From assembly GCA_038213805.1 (NCBI GenBank), contig JBBQSO010000044.1:1-42792 (forward strand): a stretch of 42,792 nt of DNA, in the 5' to 3' direction. This DNA comes from Planctomycetota bacterium. GTDB lineage: Bacteria > Planctomycetota > UBA11346. The translations under genes and the position numbers were made by a program. A model generated the notes under the pieces. That model ran no database searches. It had not been told where the DNA came from and saw only the letters and a program-made list of their open reading frames with translations. Below are positions 36,168-42,792 of this stretch, piece after piece. Within the stretch, counting starts at the first letter, position 1. Each line of letters starts with the position of its first letter.

Positions 36168-38518
36168 CTCTGCGCATCGCTGTCATCGCCCAAGCCATGC
36201 CCGGCGCCGCCATCGGCATCGCACGCACCCTGGAACAGGTGGTCGCCGGTCTGCGCCGACGCGGCCACGACGTGCGCCCGGTGGTGCCCGAACCGGCCCA
36301 TGGACTCGCCGGGTTGCCCGCCGATCAGGCGGAGGCAGCGCTGAGCGCGCACCTCGAACGTCTCGGCCGCGACCTGAGCGCGTGGTGGAGTGACTGGCGG
36401 CCTCAGTTGGTCTACATCAACCTCGCCGACGACCGCGGCCATGTCGCCCGCGACGCGGCGGAGCGGCTCGGCCTGCCGGTGGTGGCGACCTTCCAGCCGC
36501 TTGAGATCTTCGCCGACCCCGCAGCAAGCCAGCGCATGCAGCAGCTGCTGATCGCCTTCCACAGCCGCTGCCAGCACACCATCACCACCACGCGCGCCTA
36601 CGCGGACTGGCTGGCCGGACGTGGCGTGACGCAAACGACCTGCATCGGCCACGGCGCCGACACCGTGCGTTTCGATCCGCGTCACCGCTCCCCCGCGCTA
36701 CGCGCTTCCTGGGGCGCGGTCCCCGCCGCCCCGGTGCTGCTCTTCGTCAGCCGCCTGGTCATGCTCAAGCGTCTCGACCTGCTGGTGCGCACCCTGGAGG
36801 CGGCGCGCACGGCGCGGCCCGCCACCGTGGCGGTGATCGTCGGCGACGGTCCAGACCGTGCCTGGCTGGCCAAGCGCGTGCCGTGGGCGCGCTTCCTGGG
36901 CACCCTCGACGGCCAGGAGCTGGCCACCGCCTACGCTTCGGCCGACCTCTTCCTGTTCCCCAGCGCGGTGGACAGCTGGGGCCACGTGGTGACCGAAGCT
37001 TTGGCCTCGGGCGTGCCGGTGGTGGCCTGCGCGCGCGGGGCGGCGCTCGAACGCGTGCAGGACGGGATCTGCGGTCGACTGGTGCCGACCGGGGATGATG
37101 ACGCCTTCGTCGCCGCGACTGTCGCGCTGCTGGACGACGCAGCGCGCGCCGGAATGGCACGTGCGGCGCGCACGGCGATCGCGCCATTCGCCTGGGATGG
37201 GGTGGTCGAGCAGTACGCGGCGTTATTCACCAGCTGCGCGCTGCCCGACTCATCAACGCCGCCCGCAGCGCGGCCGGCCACCGCTGCGCCATCACCAGCA
37301 ACGCCTGTAGCGGGTGGCCCGCTGCGCGTGGCCTTCGTGACCAGCGGCCGCACGGGCGAGGCCGCGGGCGCCGCCACCGCCAGCGCGGCGCTGATCGCCG
37401 CGCTGCGCCAGCATGGCTGCGACATCATGCACATCGCTGGCGACGAGGTCCCGCCCACGGGCACCGGGGATCCGGCACAGCGCCTGCGCGATCATCTCAC
37501 CCGTCAGGTCGGAGAAATCGCCAACGCCTGCCGCGCCTGGCGGCCGCACCTGGTCCACATCGAGATCGCCGGAGTGCTCGGGCACGCGGTCCTCGACCTC
37601 GCGCAGCGCGCCGCCGTGCCCGTCACCTCCTACTGGCACGCGCTGCACCGCCTCGCCCCGTCCGCCGACCAGGTCGCGCTGCTCTCCAGTCTGCACGCCT
37701 TCCACCGCCGCTGCGCGCGGACCTTCGTGGACACCCCGGCGCAGGTTGCCGATCTCACAGCGGCCGGTGTCCGCGATGTGCGCCTCATCGGCCGTGGCGT
37801 CGACGCGCAGCACTTCATTCCGACGCTGCGCACCCCGGCGCTGCGCCACGCCTGGGGCGCGGGCGCGGACACCCCGGTCGCACTCTATGTCAGCCGCCTG
37901 CTGGAGGTGAAGAACCTCGACCTGCTGGCGCGCGCCCTGGAGGCGGCCCGCCGGGCGCGGCCTCAGCTGATCGCGGTGATCGTCGGTGACGGTCCGGAAC
38001 GCGCGCCCCTCGCCGCGCGCCTGCCCTGGGCGATCTTCACCGGCACCCTTACTGGTGAGACCCTGGCCGAGGTTTACGCCTCGGCCGACCTCTTCCCCTA
38101 TCCGGGCCGCACCTCCTCGTTCGCGCTGGCGCTGCTTGAGGCGATGGCCTCAGGCCTGGCGCCGGTGGCTTTCGCGCCCGCAGCGTCCCTCCACCTGCAG
38201 GACGGCGGGAACGGACGCGTGCTCGCGGACGGCGATGAGACAGGCTTCATCGCCGCCGTCGCGACGCTCGCCAGCGATCTGCCGCTGACCCGCCGCCTCG
38301 GCGCCGCCGCGCGCATCACCGCGACCGGGATCGGCTGGGGCGCGCTGGGCGCGCTGGTGGCGGCGGAGTTCCGCGCCGTGATCGCCCCCGCTGCGGCCGG
38401 GGCGACCATCAATGCCGCGTCGTCTGCCCCAAACGATCCAGCACCGCGCGGTACATCAGATGCGCCGGCGCCTCCACCCCCGTCCAGCGCTGGAACTGGC
38501 CGAGCGCCTGGCCAATAA
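36164..38518 (+). CDS. Tandem two-domain GT4 glycosyltransferase
   Basis: Two full GT4 units (VSRLVMLKRL...YASADLFLFPS...EALASG and VSRLLEVKNL...YASADLFPYP...EAMASG) joined by a Pro/Ala linker. ATGA overlap with the upstream gene. Confidence 0.88.
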   Translation: MTLRIAVIAQAMPGAAIGIARTLEQVVAGLRRRGHDVRPVVPEPAHGLAGLPADQAEAALSAHLERLGRDLSAWWSDWRPQLVYINLADDRGHVARDAAERLGLPVVATFQPLEIFADPAASQRMQQLLIAFHSRCQHTITTTRAYADWLAGRGVTQTTCIGHGADTVRFDPRHRSPALRASWGAVPAAPVLLFVSRLVMLKRLDLLVRTLEAARTARPATVAVIVGDGPDRAWLAKRVPWARFLGTLDGQELATAYASADLFLFPSAVDSWGHVVTEALASGVPVVACARGAALERVQDGICGRLVPTGDDDAFVAATVALLDDAARAGMARAARTAIAPFAWDGVVEQYAALFTSCALPDSSTPPAARPATAAPSPATPVAGGPLRVAFVTSGRTGEAAGAATASAALIAALRQHGCDIMHIAGDEVPPTGTGDPAQRLRDHLTRQVGEIANACRAWRPHLVHIEIAGVLGHAVLDLAQRAAVPVTSYWHALHRLAPSADQVALLSSLHAFHRRCARTFVDTPAQVADLTAAGVRDVRLIGRGVDAQHFIPTLRTPALRHAWGAGADTPVALYVSRLLEVKNLDLLARALEAARRARPQLIAVIVGDGPERAPLAARLPWAIFTGTLTGETLAEVYASADLFPYPGRTSSFALALLEAMASGLAPVAFAPAASLHLQDGGNGRVLADGDETGFIAAVATLASDLPLTRRLGAAARITATGIGWGALGALVAAEFRAVIAPAAAGATINAASSAPNDPAPRGTSDAPAPPPPSSAGTGRAPGQ

Positions 38519-39905
38519 GCATCTCGAGACCGCAGATGGTGTGCGCCCCGGCGAGCTGCGCATCCTTGAGCAGCCGCGTCTCGAGCGGGTGGTAGACGGT
38601 GTCGAAGACCACCGTGCCCTTCTTGTGAGCGCTGGCGGGCCAGGGCGTCTCGTCGGGCTGACCCATGCCGGCGGCAGAGCCGTTCACCAGCACGTCGAAG
38701 GGCAGACCATAGGCCTTGTCGAGCTCGACCGCCTCGCAGCCGAGTTCGCCGGCGAGTTCGCGCGCGCGCTCCAGACTGCGGTTGGCGATGGTCACCGCGG
38801 CGCCGCCTTCGCGCGCCGCGAACGCGATGGCGCGGCTGACGCCGCCCGCGCCCAGCACCAACACACGTCGGCCGTAGAGGCTGCCGAGATGGTCGACCAG
38901 GCAGGCGGTGACCGCCAAGGCGTCGGTGTTGGCGCCCAGCGGGCGCAGATCGCGATCGCGGTAGACGGTATTGATCGCGCCGATGCGCGCCGCCAGATCC
39001 TCGACCCCGGTCATCAACCCGATCAGCGCCTGCTTGTGCGGGATGGTGATCGACAATCCGCTGAGCCACGCACCGCAGGCACGCCAGAAGCCGGCCGCGT
39101 CCTCGACGCGGAACGGCACGTAGACCGCGTCGATCTTGAGGTGGGCGAAGGCGATGTTGTGGATGAGCGGGCTGAGCGACTGTGCGACCGGGCTACCGAT
39201 GACGCCGAAAATGCGCGTGCGCGGCCCCTGCTGACGCAACCGGTAGAGTCCAAGCAGTTCGTCGACGGTGGGCTGACCGGGAGCAGAACCACCCTCGTCG
39301 GCGAGTCGCGCAAAGGTCAGGTGCGCGCCCCACACCCCGGCGAGCAACCGCGACGGCAAGCCGTGCTCGCCCATCGCCAACGCGATCAGCGGGCCTTCGC
39401 TCTGCTCGTAGAGCTCGGCGATCAGCGCCAGATCAGCGGCATCGCGCGGGCGGATCGCAACCTTGGCGACGTGCGCGCCGGCGGCGCGCATCGCCGCCAC
39501 CTTGCCCGGCAGATCGTCGCCGGGCCCTTCGAAGTCGTGGTAGCTGAGGATGAGCTTGGATGACAGCGCCTCGCGACTGAAACCCGCCGCCAGGAAGCGC
39601 GGCCAATGCGCCAGCTCGATGTCGAGATAGGCCGGAGCGAAGCCGACCGCTTCGCCGAACAGCGCCATGCGCTCGTCATCGCCGCCCGACCACTCGCCGC
39701 CCTCGCTGGCGTGACGGATGGTGAGGATCACCGGCAACGCCAGGGCCGGCATCGAGGCCAGCAGCAGGCGCGGATCCGCGCCCAGCCCGATGCAGGTGTC
39801 GAGCCGCACCTCGACCAGGTCGGCGCCCGCGGCCTTGGCGCGGGCGGCCACCGCCGCGAGGGCGGCCGGATCGCGTGCAGAGATGGGGACGGCGACCAGC
39901 ACCAT
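38409..39905 (-). CDS. aroE: Bifunctional type I 3-dehydroquinate dehydratase / shikimate dehydrogenase (AroD-AroE fusion)
   Basis: [31 protein letters not shown] (AroD); [46 protein letters not shown] (AroE). Start placed at ATG 39905. Confidence 0.93.
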   Translation of the reverse strand: MVLVAVPISARDPAALAAVAARAKAAGADLVEVRLDTCIGLGADPRLLLASMPALALPVILTIRHASEGGEWSGGDDERMALFGEAVGFAPAYLDIELAHWPRFLAAGFSREALSSKLILSYHDFEGPGDDLPGKVAAMRAAGAHVAKVAIRPRDAADLALIAELYEQSEGPLIALAMGEHGLPSRLLAGVWGAHLTFARLADEGGSAPGQPTVDELLGLYRLRQQGPRTRIFGVIGSPVAQSLSPLIHNIAFAHLKIDAVYVPFRVEDAAGFWRACGAWLSGLSITIPHKQALIGLMTGVEDLAARIGAINTVYRDRDLRPLGANTDALAVTACLVDHLGSLYGRRVLVLGAGGVSRAIAFAAREGGAAVTIANRSLERARELAGELGCEAVELDKAYGLPFDVLVNGSAAGMGQPDETPWPASAHKKGTVVFDTVYHPLETRLLKDAQLAGAHTICGLEMLIGQALGQFQRWTGVEAPAHLMYRAVLDRLGQTTRH

Positions 39906-40088
39906 GCTGGAATCATGCGCCTGCGGTCCCTGCCGCCAATGGCTTTGCCGTGTCGCAGCCGCTGGACCATCACCCTGCGTCCGAGCGCTGTGCGCCGCAC
40001 CGCACAGCGACGAACTTGGCATTGGACTCCGCGGGGCTGGCGGGCATCGTTGCCCCCGCTCTACCGTTCGCTTACGACGAGGACGCCG

Positions 40089-41612
<1,524 letters not shown>

Positions 41613-41676
41613 ACCACTCGCATTCCGGACTTCCGGACTTCCGGACTTCCGGACCCTCATCCGACGGAGTTTCCCC

Positions 41677-42567
<891 letters not shown>

Positions 42568-42572
42568 AGAGA

Positions 42573-42603
42573 GGCTGATGGCTGATGGCTGATGGCTGAT
42601 GGC
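42573..42603 (+). repeat. Heptamer array (GGCTGAT)4 immediately after the sucD stop
   Basis: GGCTGATGGCTGATGGCTGATGGCTGATGGC starts 5 nt after the TGA. No inverted partner is present in the window. Confidence 0.9.
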
Positions 42604-42605
42604 TC

Positions 42606-42641
42606 GCGAAAACCGGCGCTCCGCGCCGGTTTTCGCATTTG
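42606..42641 (+). terminator. Probable intrinsic terminator of sucCD
   Basis: Perfect 14-bp stem GCGAAAACCGGCGC-TCC-GCGCCGGTTTTCGC followed by a weak T-rich tail (ATTTGACTGTTT). Confidence 0.6.
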
Positions 42642-42792
42642 ACTGTTTGCCCTAGTACATCGTCCGATTAGTCCGAGAAACCTTTCTGGAATCGCTTTGT
42701 CAGGCGAATTATCTTCCTGAGCTTTGCTGGTCCCGCCGTCCAGGCGAATGGACCGCAGCGTTTGTTGTATTCCCTAATGTAGCGCTTGAGGA

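Noticed and set aside
42640..42792. Lower-GC terminal segment as an ncRNA or element end
   Set aside because: No recognisable structure or motif; it is most likely the promoter region of a gene beyond the window.

Overview
High-GC bacterial genomic window, most likely Planctomycetota. This is an inference from the MoxR-DUF58-BatA-vWA operon, the ECF sigma/anti-sigma pair and the aroD-aroE fusion. From left to right it holds: (1) a minus-strand MoxR AAA+ / DUF58 / BatA-vWA / vWA-PA14 / giant DUF4175-like PA14 coiled-coil operon, whose last gene is missing from the ORF track and runs off the window, divergent from an ECF sigma and anti-sigma pair; (2) small membrane ORFs and a LacI / secreted esterase / heparinase II-III-like module; (3) housekeeping genes (EEP protein, pepA, punA, trmH-like, Rieske ferredoxin, metallophosphoesterase); (4) two tandem paralogous secreted repeat proteins with a choice-of-anchor L-like domain and a shared C-terminal SCGLGSG-TM-RRR sorting-like signal; (5) three GT4 glycosyltransferase units in two genes; (6) aroDE, sucC with a Lys/Ala-rich histone-like tail, and sucD. 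The most unusual non-coding signal is a set of elements in which short 7-8 bp tandem arrays (CGCCAAGA, GGCTGAT, GTCCGGAA) sit as inverted pairs around 80-210 bp spacers between co-oriented genes. One arm is translated inside sucC. No rRNA, tRNA, CRISPR array, transposase or integrase was seen.
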